Of a DNA stretch of 48,460 nucleotides, positions 1 through 8,381 are shown piece after piece. The notes beneath the pieces were generated by a model. That model made no database searches. It was not told the DNA's origin and was given only the letters and a program-made list of their open reading frames with translations. Source of the stretch: an uncultured Phycisphaeraceae bacterium (GTDB taxonomy: Bacteria > Planctomycetota > B15-G4 > JADJEK01); assembly GCA_964493525.1 (NCBI GenBank), contig CAZBOK010000002.1, forward strand, positions 1-48,460, given 5' to 3'. The position numbers and the translations under genes are program-made. Every line of letters starts with the position of its first letter. The stretch's first letter is position 1.

Positions 1-30
1 CGGGCACGGACCCGTACCCGTCGGCCCCGG

Positions 31-219
31 TCACCGGGTTTTCTGCATCCACGGCGCAATCCGCGTGGAGAGCATCCCCATCTCCCCGAGCCGCATCAAC
101 CGCTTCAGGATCTCCTGCGCCTGATCCGGATGTGCGCGGCACATCGCGTCGATGGCGGGCAAACCCTCGTCCTCGAGGCGCTCGAGGCACTCGGCAACCA
201 GTTCCTCGAGGGTCGGCAT
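31..219 (-). CDS. 62-aa mini-protein homologous to the pre-kinase N-terminal segment of the neighbouring Ser/Thr kinases
   Basis: ATG at 217-219 (Met48 of the 31..360 ORF), with GGAGAG 8-13 nt upstream. MPTLEELVAECLERLEDEGLPAIDAMCRAHPDQAQEILKRLMRLGEMG aligns by eye with ALQALVADCLDRMEREGSRALDAFCAEHADHASAIRQRVEMLQAMG near the N-terminus of the kinase at 1159..4161. Confidence 0.55.
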   Translation of the reverse strand: MPTLEELVAECLERLEDEGLPAIDAMCRAHPDQAQEILKRLMRLGEMGMLSTRIAPWMQKTR

Positions 220-325
220 CGCATTCTCTCTCCGCGGACTCATCCACCAACAGCAGGAATCCAAGGCTACGGTCCCGAGGATTCCGGAAAAGTCCGGCGG
301 ATTCGTCGAGATAGAATCCCGCCCC

Positions 326-931
326 GTGAGCGAACGGAAACTCGTCGACGACGCGACCAAGGGCGACGGAGTCGCCGTCGATCAACTTCTCTCCCAGCAT
401 CTCCCCGGTCTGCGGGCTTTCGTCCGGTTGCGGATGGGCCCGCAGATGCGCGCAAAGGAGTCGGGCGAGGACGTCGTCCAGTCCGTGGTGCGGGACATCC
501 TGCAGCACATGGACCGCTTCCAGTACCCCGGCGAGAAGGGGTTCAAGCAGTGGCTGTACACGACGGCGCTGCGCAAGATCGCGAACAAGTACGAGTACTA
601 CCGCGCGGCCAAGCGCGACATGGTTCGCGAGATGCCGCAGCCGCAGGCCGGCACGTTCACGACGGCCGACGAGAACGCGTTCGAGAAGGCGTGCGAGGAC
701 ATCTACACGCCGAGCAAGCAGTTGATGGCGAAGGAGCGCATCAAGAAGGTCGAGGAGGCGTTCGAGCAGTTGCCGGACGACTACCGCGAGGTGATCGTGC
801 TCTCGAAGCTGCTCGAGCTGTCGCGCACCGACGTCGCGAAGGAGATGAACCGCTCCGAAGCGTCGGTCCGCAACCTGCTCTTCCGCGCGCTCTCGCGCCT
901 CGCCGAGATCATGGAGTCCCAGCCGGGCTGA
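326..931 (+). CDS. ECF-type RNA polymerase sigma-70 family factor
   Basis: Region 2 (DVVQSVVRDILQHMDRF...FKQWLYTTALRKIANKY) and region 4 HTH (LPDDYREVIVLSKLLELSRTDVAKEMNRSEASVRNLLFRALSRL) are present. Start set at the in-frame GTG at 326, because the ATG at 152 would overlap the divergent mini-gene. The start is uncertain. Confidence 0.85.
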   Translation: MSERKLVDDATKGDGVAVDQLLSQHLPGLRAFVRLRMGPQMRAKESGEDVVQSVVRDILQHMDRFQYPGEKGFKQWLYTTALRKIANKYEYYRAAKRDMVREMPQPQAGTFTTADENAFEKACEDIYTPSKQLMAKERIKKVEEAFEQLPDDYREVIVLSKLLELSRTDVAKEMNRSEASVRNLLFRALSRLAEIMESQPG

Positions 932-938
932 CCCCGCC

Positions 939-958
939 CGTGCCCGCGCGCGGGCACG
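939..958. terminator. perfect 20-nt GC palindrome (CGTGCCCGCGCGCGGGCACG) 8 nt after the sigma-factor stop; possible terminator hairpin without a U-tract
   Basis: Self-complementarity read directly from the sequence. It lies between convergent genes. Confidence 0.3.
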
Positions 959-1091
959 TGGACGCGGTCGTTGGCGGGCGAGTTTTCGCGAGCGCTCGCG
1001 TGCGCAGCGGCCGTTCTCGCGCAAACGCCAGCGCAAGCGCGAACCCGAAAACGTAAACGTCAGCGCTCGCGAGAACGCGCCCCCCAACGCC

Positions 1092-1145
1092 CCCGCGCAC
1101 GCTCCCGTTCCCGCGCGCGTTCCCGCGCACGTTCCGCCGCGCGTG
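1092..1145. repeat. degenerate 12-nt-periodic GC-rich repeat array (CCCGCGCACGCT / CCCGCGCGCGTT / CCCGCGCACGTT / CCGCCGCGCGTG)
   Basis: Tandem units read directly from the sequence in non-coding DNA between convergent genes. Related to the array at 20799-20870. Confidence 0.45.
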
Positions 1146-1158
1146 CGCGTCCCCGTCG

Positions 1159-4100
1159 TCACTCCCCGATCAGCTTCGCGATGCGCGGATCCTCACGCCA
1201 CGGCGCGACGATCGGCCCCTTCAAGAACTCGCCGACATCCGGCTGACCCAGCTCTTTCGCCTTCGCGAACCGCGCCGCGGCGCCCGCGATATCACCGTCG
1301 ACGAGCCGGGCGCGCTCCGCGGCGTCGAGTCGCGCATCCTTCTGCGCCAGCTCCGCGGCGTTCAACAGGACGCTGCCGCAGCGGTAGGCCATGTCCGCCG
1401 CGTCGTAGTTCACGCCGTCGAGGTCGGCGATCGTCTGGCGCATCGCACGGTGATCGCCGAGCTGGTACAGCACGTTCGCGTGATGGATGGAGATCGTGTA
1501 CGTGAGGTCGTGCGCGTTCTGCAGGTCGGGGAACAAGCGCCGCGCCTCGCGCAGATCGGCGAGCGCTTCACTGCGCAGCCGCGCGGCTTCGGCGAGATCC
1601 TTGCGGTCCTCGGCGATCGACGCGAGCCGGTCGCGATCGAACGCGAGGTTGATGCGGTGCGCTTCCGAATCGGGTTGCTCGCTCGCGAGGCTCGCGAGCA
1701 CGCCGACCGCCTCGCGGTAGAGCGCGACGGCGTCGTCGATGCGGTCCTGCTTCAGCCGCGCGTCGGCGAGCCCTCCGATCACGTCGGCGAACATCGCGCG
1801 ATACGAGGCGTTCTTCGGCACCTCCGCGACGAGACGGCGCGCGTGCTGCTCGCCTTCCTCGAGGAGCGCCGCCGCGTCTTGGAGCGGCGCCAGCTCGAGC
1901 GCGGCCGCTCCGTTCAGGATCAGCATCTGCAGCATCTGCTCGCGGTTCTGCAGCACCGCCGGGTTCTGCAGCAGGATCGTGCGCGCCATGTCGGTGGCCG
2001 ACTTGTACTCGCGCAGCGCTTCGTCTCCCGCGCCGCGCGCGTAGAGCACCTGCCCGAGCCCGTTGTGCGTCTCGGCGAACAGGTGCTGGATCGAGTCGTC
2101 GTCCGGATGCGCGCGATAGAGGACGTCGAGCGCGGCGGCGGCCTGACGGAGGCTCGGCTCGGCGTCATCGGAACGCCCCCACGTCTGCAGCAGGCAGCCG
2201 AGGTTCGCGAGGTAGCTCGCCTTGCGGAACTGCGCGTCGGGATCGTCCGGCGTCCGCGCGAGCACCTGATCGATCGCCGCGAGCGAGCGGCGCCGCAGCG
2301 CGAGCGACTCGTCGCGCTTGCCGAAGTCCACCTCGACGCCGGCGAGGTCGTTCGCGCATTGCGCGAGTGAAGTCAGCGCGTCGAGATCGTCGGGTTGCTC
2401 GCCCGCGATGGCGGCGATCGCGTCGAGCGATTCGTGCCACAGCGGCATCGACTGCGCGTCGCGTCCGGCTTCGTGGAGCGCGCGCGCTCGCTTCCAGCGC
2501 AGGATCGCGAGAGCGAGTCGTCCGGAATGCGCGTTCGGGAATCGTGAGAGCGACGTGGCGAAGAGCCGCTCCGCGGATTCGTACGCCGAGATCGCCGCGT
2601 CCAGCTCGCCGAGGCTCGTCTCGATGTTCGCCACGCGCCGATACATCTCGGCCGCGTGGTACTGCGCGTCGACGCTGTCGGTCTGCGACTGCAACGCCTG
2701 CTGGCAGATCGACAGCGCGTCCTTCAGCACTTCGCTCCGCACGGTCGCCATGCGCGGGATCCGGACCAGCCGCTCGTCGGACAGCCGCACGAGCATGCGG
2801 TCGACCGCTTCGAACGCGCGGTCGAGGTTCGCTTCCGCGCGATCCTTCTCCTTCTCGATCGCGGCGTGCGCGCTCTTCTGCTGGATCGCGTAGCCGAGCG
2901 GACCGCCGAGCACGACGAGCGTGCCGAGCAGCGCGGTCACCGTCCATGCGGGATGCCGCTGCGCGAAGCGCCGCATCCGCAGCAGCGGGCCGGGGCGCTT
3001 GGCGCGGATCGGGCGCAGCTCGAGCACGTTGCGCAGGTCGTTCGCGAACTCCGTCGCGGTCGCGTAGCGGCGCGCCGGATCCTTCTCGAGCGTCGTGAGG
3101 CAGACGGTCTCCGCGTCCCACGGGATCGTGCCGTTGATCCGCTGCAGCGGCGTCGGCGGCTCGGTGAGGATGCGGAGCTGCAGCGCGTCGACGTAGGTGT
3201 CCTCGAACGGCGCGACCAGCGCGAGCGTCTCGTACAGCGTCGCACCGAGCGAGTAGACGTCGCTCGGCGCGCCGATCTGGTCCGCGAGACCGCGCACCTG
3301 TTCGGGCGGCATGTACGCCATCGAGCCGAGCTGCGAGCCGCTGCGCGTGATCCGCTCCGACCCCTGCAGCACGGCGAGCCCGAAGTCGACGAGGCGCACC
3401 CGACCGTCGGCGGTGATCATCAGGTTCGACGGCTTCATGTCGCGGTGCAGCACGCCGCGCGAGTGAGCGTGCTCGAGCGCTTCGGCCGCCTGCAGTGCGA
3501 TGCGGAAGCACGCTTCGACGAGGCTGCGTCCGAGCGCGTCGGGATCGACGGGCGGGTCGGTCGCCGCGAGCACGCCGGACTCGCGCAGGCATGCGTCGAG
3601 CGCGGCCGCGAAGTCGCGAACGCCCAGGTCGCTCGGGTTCTTCCCCGCGAGCTTCGCGATCACCGTCGAGAGCGAGACGCCGTGCACGCGCTCCATCGCG
3701 AAGAACGGGATCCCCTTCTCCTCGCCGACGGTGAACACCGGCACGATGCTCGGGTGCTGCAGGCGCGCGACGGCCTCTGCCTCGCGGCGGAACCGCTCGC
3801 GCGCGCCGGGGAAGTAGAGCGTCTCGGGGCGCACGAGCTTGAGCGCCACTTCGCGGCCGAGCGACTCCTGGATCGCGAGGTAGACGACGCCCATGCCGCC
3901 GCCGCCGAGTCGGCGCAGCAGTCGGAAGTCGCCGAGCCGCTCCGGAAACGCGTCGTCCTCGGGATGCTCGCTCCCCGAACCGACCAGGCCCATCGCCTGC
4001 AGCATCTCGACGCGCTGGCGGATCGCGGACGCGTGGTCCGCGTGCTCCGCGCAGAACGCGTCGAGCGCGCGTGAGCCCTCGCGCTCCATGCGATCGAGGC

Positions 4101-4161
4101 AGTCCGCCACCAGCGCCTGCAGCGCCTCGTTCTTCGAGTCGGATTCCGTCCGTTCGTCCAT
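1159..4161 (-). CDS. membrane Ser/Thr protein kinase with a C-terminal TPR-rich domain
   Basis: Hanks kinase motifs are present: GGGGMGVVY, VALK, HRDMKPSNL, DFGLA, MAYMPPEQ. A TM segment (WTVTALLGTLVVLGGPLGYAI) follows, then about 550 aa of TPR-like helical repeats. Start re-set to ATG 4159-4161 (MDERTESD...); the upstream part of the 1116-aa ORF is Arg/Ala-rich junk. Confidence 0.9.
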   Translation of the reverse strand: MDERTESDSKNEALQALVADCLDRMEREGSRALDAFCAEHADHASAIRQRVEMLQAMGLVGSGSEHPEDDAFPERLGDFRLLRRLGGGGMGVVYLAIQESLGREVALKLVRPETLYFPGARERFRREAEAVARLQHPSIVPVFTVGEEKGIPFFAMERVHGVSLSTVIAKLAGKNPSDLGVRDFAAALDACLRESGVLAATDPPVDPDALGRSLVEACFRIALQAAEALEHAHSRGVLHRDMKPSNLMITADGRVRLVDFGLAVLQGSERITRSGSQLGSMAYMPPEQVRGLADQIGAPSDVYSLGATLYETLALVAPFEDTYVDALQLRILTEPPTPLQRINGTIPWDAETVCLTTLEKDPARRYATATEFANDLRNVLELRPIRAKRPGPLLRMRRFAQRHPAWTVTALLGTLVVLGGPLGYAIQQKSAHAAIEKEKDRAEANLDRAFEAVDRMLVRLSDERLVRIPRMATVRSEVLKDALSICQQALQSQTDSVDAQYHAAEMYRRVANIETSLGELDAAISAYESAERLFATSLSRFPNAHSGRLALAILRWKRARALHEAGRDAQSMPLWHESLDAIAAIAGEQPDDLDALTSLAQCANDLAGVEVDFGKRDESLALRRRSLAAIDQVLARTPDDPDAQFRKASYLANLGCLLQTWGRSDDAEPSLRQAAAALDVLYRAHPDDDSIQHLFAETHNGLGQVLYARGAGDEALREYKSATDMARTILLQNPAVLQNREQMLQMLILNGAAALELAPLQDAAALLEEGEQHARRLVAEVPKNASYRAMFADVIGGLADARLKQDRIDDAVALYREAVGVLASLASEQPDSEAHRINLAFDRDRLASIAEDRKDLAEAARLRSEALADLREARRLFPDLQNAHDLTYTISIHHANVLYQLGDHRAMRQTIADLDGVNYDAADMAYRCGSVLLNAAELAQKDARLDAAERARLVDGDIAGAAARFAKAKELGQPDVGEFLKGPIVAPWREDPRIAKLIGE

Positions 4162-4459
4162 CGAGTCCCGTGAGGTCGCGCCGGCGGCGCGCGCCGGCGC
4201 GGCGCGGCCGACCAGCGTAGCGCGGAGCGCGGTCGGTCGGGTTGCCGCGAAACGCGGCGGGTCGCAGCGATCCGCGGCAGCGGTGCGCGGCGCCGCCGGC
4301 GGCGAGCGATCGATCCTCGAGCGAGGCGCGGGCGCGTCGATGTTTGCCGGGCATCGACTTGCGCGAATCCTCGAATCGGCGCGGCGCGCGACGCGGGACC
4401 GGCACGCGCGTCGCACTGGCGGACACCGCTTCCGTCCCCAACTTTCCCAGGAGTCTCCG

Positions 4460-5662
4460 ATGAATCGCCTCTCTCGAATCCTCGCCGGCGCGACGTCGAT
4501 CGCGCTCACGCTCCCCGCGGTCTCGTCCGCACAGTCGTTGTGGGCCGTGAACGGTCCGACCGCGACGATGGGCCGCTTTAACGGCGGGCCTGCCGGTCCG
4601 TGCGCCTACCCCGCCGGCCCGGTGCTCGGCTTCGGCCCTTACGCGCCGGCGTTCTTCGGCTGCCCGACGGCCGGCCCGGTCGCGGGCCCCGCGATCGGCG
4701 ACATCGCGCTCGACCGCACCACCGACACGTTGTGGGTCACCGACGGCGTGGTCGTGACGAACTACACGCGCGCCGGCGTCGTGCTGAACTCGAAGCCGGC
4801 GCCGATCCTGACCGGTGCGCCGATCACCGGACTCGGATTCGGGATGCTCGCCGTCGGACCCGTGCTGTGGGTCACCGACGGGATCATGGCCGCGGCCGTC
4901 GCGCTGCCGACGGCGATGTGCGCGCCGTTCGTGTTCGTCGTCCCGCCGTTCCCGCTGCCCGCGCCGGCGATGGGCGCGGCGACCGACATCGACTTCGATC
5001 CGACGAGCGGAACGCTCTTCGTCTCGACGATGGCGGGCTTCGTCGAGAACGTCCTGATCGGCGGCGGCGTCGGTCCGTTCGGAGTGTTCGTCCCCGCGTG
5101 CGGCGCCGCCGCTCCGCTCGTCGGCATCGCGGTCGACACGTCGACGTGCGGCACGCTGTTCGTCACGACCGGCCCGCTCGTGATGCACGTCGGCTTCGCC
5201 GGCGCGCCCGCGGCTCCGACGATCTACGCGCCGGTGCCGTGCTTCCCGTTCCCCGGCCCTCCCGGCACGAACGGTCTCACGTTCGATGCGGCCGGCGTCC
5301 CGTTCGGCGCGTCGTGCGATCCGGTGCTGCCGCCGCCGACGATGGGAACGTTCGGACAGGCGACGACGCCCGGCCCCGGCTTCGGCGTGACGTTGACCGG
5401 TTCGGCGCCCGGCATCGCGCTCCTCGTCGTCGGCGGTCCGACGTGCCCGCCGGGATTCCTCGGCGTGTGCCCGGTGTACACGCTGCCCGCGCTCCTCACG
5501 ATCGGTCCGTTCCCGAGCGGCGCGGCGCTCACCGTGCCGCTGCCGATCCCGGCCGGCGTGCCCTGCACCACCGGTGCGATCGGACTGCAGTTCCTGATCG
5601 GCAAGACCGGCGGCGGCTTCCAGACCACGAACGGCATCGAGGTCTCCGTCGCGCAGTTGTGA
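4460..5662 (+). CDS. secreted Gly/Pro/Ala/Val/Thr-rich protein with 10 cysteines, unknown function
   Basis: ATG 4460 with GGAG 7-10 nt upstream. Signal peptide MNRLSRILAGATSIALTLPAVSSAQS. Recurrent (T/V)L(W/F)V(T/S)(D/T) strand motif occurs four times (TLWVTDG, VLWVTDG, TLFVSTM, TLFVTTG). Confidence 0.75.
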   Translation: MNRLSRILAGATSIALTLPAVSSAQSLWAVNGPTATMGRFNGGPAGPCAYPAGPVLGFGPYAPAFFGCPTAGPVAGPAIGDIALDRTTDTLWVTDGVVVTNYTRAGVVLNSKPAPILTGAPITGLGFGMLAVGPVLWVTDGIMAAAVALPTAMCAPFVFVVPPFPLPAPAMGAATDIDFDPTSGTLFVSTMAGFVENVLIGGGVGPFGVFVPACGAAAPLVGIAVDTSTCGTLFVTTGPLVMHVGFAGAPAAPTIYAPVPCFPFPGPPGTNGLTFDAAGVPFGASCDPVLPPPTMGTFGQATTPGPGFGVTLTGSAPGIALLVVGGPTCPPGFLGVCPVYTLPALLTIGPFPSGAALTVPLPIPAGVPCTTGAIGLQFLIGKTGGGFQTTNGIEVSVAQL

Positions 5663-5679
5663 TCGGATCGAATGAACTC

Positions 5680-5707
5680 GGCCGCGGGCGAGCGAACGCC
5701 CGCGGCC
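5680..5707 (+). terminator. 11-bp perfect hairpin (GGCCGCGGGCG-AGCGAA-CGCCCGCGGCC) downstream of the secreted-protein gene
   Basis: Stem read directly from the sequence. No U-tract follows. Confidence 0.35.
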
Positions 5708-5728
5708 GGTGGTGAGTTCGGAAGCGGA

Positions 5729-5766
5729 GGGCGCGGCCCCCTCATCGGGGCCGCGCCCGTTTTCGT
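5729..5766 (+). terminator. intrinsic terminator
   Basis: 12-bp stem GGGCGCGGCCCC / GGGGCCGCGCCC with loop CTCATC, followed by GTTTTCGT. Confidence 0.6.
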
Positions 5767-5867
5767 CCCGCTGAAGAGATCCGCCGGCGACGAGCACCGC
5801 GGCCTCCGCGCTCCGCAGCCGGGCGAACGCCGCCGGGGTTTTCAACGGGCGGCTAACATCGCGCGCC

Positions 5868-8372
5868 ATGTCCTCCCTCGAATCGCGTGCGAAGGAGATC
5901 TTCCTCGACGCGCTCGAGCACGAGGGAGCCGCGCGCGACGCGTTCCTCTCGCGCGCCTGCGCCGACGACCTCGACCTGCGCCGCCGCGTGCTGCAGCTCC
6001 TCGCATCGCACCAGCCGAGCGCGATGGACGTCGTCACGACCGGGCCCGCGGACCTCGGGCCGGGCATGACGATCGGCAACTACCGCTTGATCTCGCAGCT
6101 CGGTGAAGGCGGGTTCGGCGCGGTGTTCCTCGCCGAGCAGGAGCGCCCGGTGAAGCGGCAGGTCGCTCTCAAGATCCTCAAGCTCGGCATGGACACGAAG
6201 CGCGTGATCGCGCGCTTCGAGCAGGAGCGTCAGGCCCTCGCGCGGATGGACCATCCGAACATCGCGAAGGTGCACGACGCGGGCAGCACGGCGTCCGGCC
6301 GGCCGTTCTTCGTGATGGAGCTGGTCGCCGGCGAGCCGATCACGAAGTTCTGCGCCGATCGCGCGGCGTCGCTCGACGAGCGGCTCGGCTTGTTCCACGC
6401 GGTCTGCCTCGCGGTGCATCACGCGCACCAGAAGGGCATCATCCACCGCGACCTGAAACCGGCGAACGTGCTGGTCGCGGACGTCGACGGCGTGGCGGTT
6501 CCGAAGGTGATCGACTTCGGCGTCGCGAAAGCGATCGAAGGCGACCTCACGCCGCACTCGGTGCTCACGCGCGAGCACCAGGCGATCGGCACGCCGGCGT
6601 ACATGAGCCCGGAGCAGATGCGCGGCGACTCCGACGTCGACACCCGCAGCGACGTCTACGCCCTCGGCGTCGTCCTCTTCCAGATCCTCACCGACGCGTT
6701 GCCGTTCGATCCCGCGTCGACGCCGCTCGATCAGTTCCGCAGCTCGGTGCTCGAGGACGAGCCGCCGCGGCCGAGCGCGCGGCTCAAGCACTCGACCGAT
6801 CCGTCGCGCGACTACCGCGTGCCGCGCGAGCTCGACTGGATCGTGCTGCACTGCCTCGCGAAGGACCGCGACAACCGGTACTCGAGCGCGGCCGCGCTCG
6901 CCGAGGACGTCGACCGCCTGCTGCACGACCAGCCGATCGTCGCCGCGCCGCCGTCCGCGTGGTACCGACTCCGCAAGCTCGTGCGTCGCAATCGCACCGC
7001 CGCGATCGCGAGCGCGCTGGTCGTCCTCGCGCTCGTCGCCGGCGCCGTCGCGACGACCCGCGGCTACATCGAGGCGCGCCGCCAGACGCGCCTCGCGAAC
7101 GCGATCAACGACTTCCTCACGCACAGCGTCCTCCCCGCCGCGCTGCCGTCGTCGCAGCCCGGCCGCGGCCGCGACGTCACGATGCGCGCGGTGCTCGACA
7201 GCGCCGCGGAGCGCATCGAGAAGGATCCGTCCACCATCGACGGTTTTCGCGACGACCCGCTGATCGAAGCCGGCATCCGCTTCACCATCGGGGACGCTTA
7301 CCTCGGCCTCGGGATGTTCAAGGAGGCGGAGGCGCACTTCGCCCGCGCGGAAGCGCTGCGGCGTGCGACGCTCGGCGACGACGACCCGGCGACGCTCTGT
7401 GCGATCGACGTGCGCGCGACCGCGCTGCGGCAGCTCGGCCGATTCGACGACGCGGCGAATCTCCTGCGCGAGGAGCTCGCGGCGAAGCTCCGCGAATTCG
7501 GCGAGCGGTCGTTCGACGTCGCGACGGTGCGCATGGGCCTCGCGCTGACGCTCTCGAAGCGCGGCGATCGGGCCGAGGCGATCGCGTTGTGCCGCACGAT
7601 CCTCGCTTCGGTCCCGGACGACGAGTCGATCGAGAACCAGCGCATCCGCCACAACGTGGGCGTCGCTCTCTCGGAGTGCGGAGAACGCGGCGAAGCGGAG
7701 GCCTTGATCCGGCGGGCGCTCGAGGTCGAGCGCACGCAGCTCGGCCTCGATGAGCCGGGCGTGCTGCAGTCGACGATCAACTTCGCGACCACGCTCAGCG
7801 GCGTGAACGACCAGGAGGCGCGGCGCATCCTCGAAGACGTGTTGCCGCGCGCCCGGCGCATCCTCGGCGACGAGCACCAGGACGTGCTGATCGGTGCGAG
7901 CACGTACGGCGGCTTACTGGTGCGCGCGAACGAGATCGACGCGGCGGACGCGCTGCTGACCCCCGCGCTCGCCACGGCGCGCGAGCGGCTCGGGCCGCGC
8001 CAGCTCACGACGCTCCACCTCGCGCACGTCCTGTCGATGGTGCGTGAACAGCAGGACCGGTATCCGGAAGCCGAGGCGCTGACGCGCGAAGCCCTCGAGA
8101 TCGCCAGCGAGACGATCGGCGAGAACCAGATCCTCACCATCGTGCTGTTGAACGACCTCGCGCACGAGCTCGGCGCCCAGGACAAGGACTCGGAGCTGGA
8201 GCCGATCCTGCGACGCGCGCTCGCCGCGGCGGAAGCGGTGTTCCCGAAGGGCGACCCCCGCGTCGCGATGTGTCGCGAGAACCTCGTCCGGCACCTGCGG
8301 CGTTCGGGGCGCGAGGACGACGCGCGCGCCGTCGAATCCGCGGCGGACGCGCCGGCTGCCGAGAAGCCGTGA
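5868..8372 (+). CDS. membrane Ser/Thr protein kinase with a C-terminal TPR domain
   Basis: Kinase motifs GEGGFGAVF, VALK, HRDLKPANVLV, DFGVAK and TPAYMSPEQ. A TM segment (AAIASALVVLALVAGAVATT) is followed by TPR-like repeats. Confidence 0.9.
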   Translation: MSSLESRAKEIFLDALEHEGAARDAFLSRACADDLDLRRRVLQLLASHQPSAMDVVTTGPADLGPGMTIGNYRLISQLGEGGFGAVFLAEQERPVKRQVALKILKLGMDTKRVIARFEQERQALARMDHPNIAKVHDAGSTASGRPFFVMELVAGEPITKFCADRAASLDERLGLFHAVCLAVHHAHQKGIIHRDLKPANVLVADVDGVAVPKVIDFGVAKAIEGDLTPHSVLTREHQAIGTPAYMSPEQMRGDSDVDTRSDVYALGVVLFQILTDALPFDPASTPLDQFRSSVLEDEPPRPSARLKHSTDPSRDYRVPRELDWIVLHCLAKDRDNRYSSAAALAEDVDRLLHDQPIVAAPPSAWYRLRKLVRRNRTAAIASALVVLALVAGAVATTRGYIEARRQTRLANAINDFLTHSVLPAALPSSQPGRGRDVTMRAVLDSAAERIEKDPSTIDGFRDDPLIEAGIRFTIGDAYLGLGMFKEAEAHFARAEALRRATLGDDDPATLCAIDVRATALRQLGRFDDAANLLREELAAKLREFGERSFDVATVRMGLALTLSKRGDRAEAIALCRTILASVPDDESIENQRIRHNVGVALSECGERGEAEALIRRALEVERTQLGLDEPGVLQSTINFATTLSGVNDQEARRILEDVLPRARRILGDEHQDVLIGASTYGGLLVRANEIDAADALLTPALATARERLGPRQLTTLHLAHVLSMVREQQDRYPEAEALTREALEIASETIGENQILTIVLLNDLAHELGAQDKDSELEPILRRALAAAEAVFPKGDPRVAMCRENLVRHLRRSGREDDARAVESAADAPAAEKP

Positions 8373-8381
8373 CCGGCGCGC

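Noticed and set aside
4162-4509. An N-terminal 116-aa extension of the first kinase ORF. Similar extensions occur at 152..325, 11447..11497, 13073..13708, 14623..14676, 34955..35047, 37672..37746, 40673..41572 and 44430..44513.
   Set aside because: The extensions are low-complexity and lack RBS support. The internal starts chosen give canonical N-termini (signal peptides or conserved family starts), mostly with GGAG-type RBS or 4-nt overlaps.
2165-6079. Very long ORFs (1304 aa here; also 5853..7877, 14232..16271, 16084..18759, 22996..24618, 25974..28004, 35737..38070 and others) that might be taken for giant genes.
   Set aside because: Their translations are Arg/Ala/Gly/Pro-rich low-complexity strings with no domain motifs. 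They lie antisense to, or out of frame with, genes that have clear family signatures. This is typical of stop-codon depletion in very GC-rich DNA.
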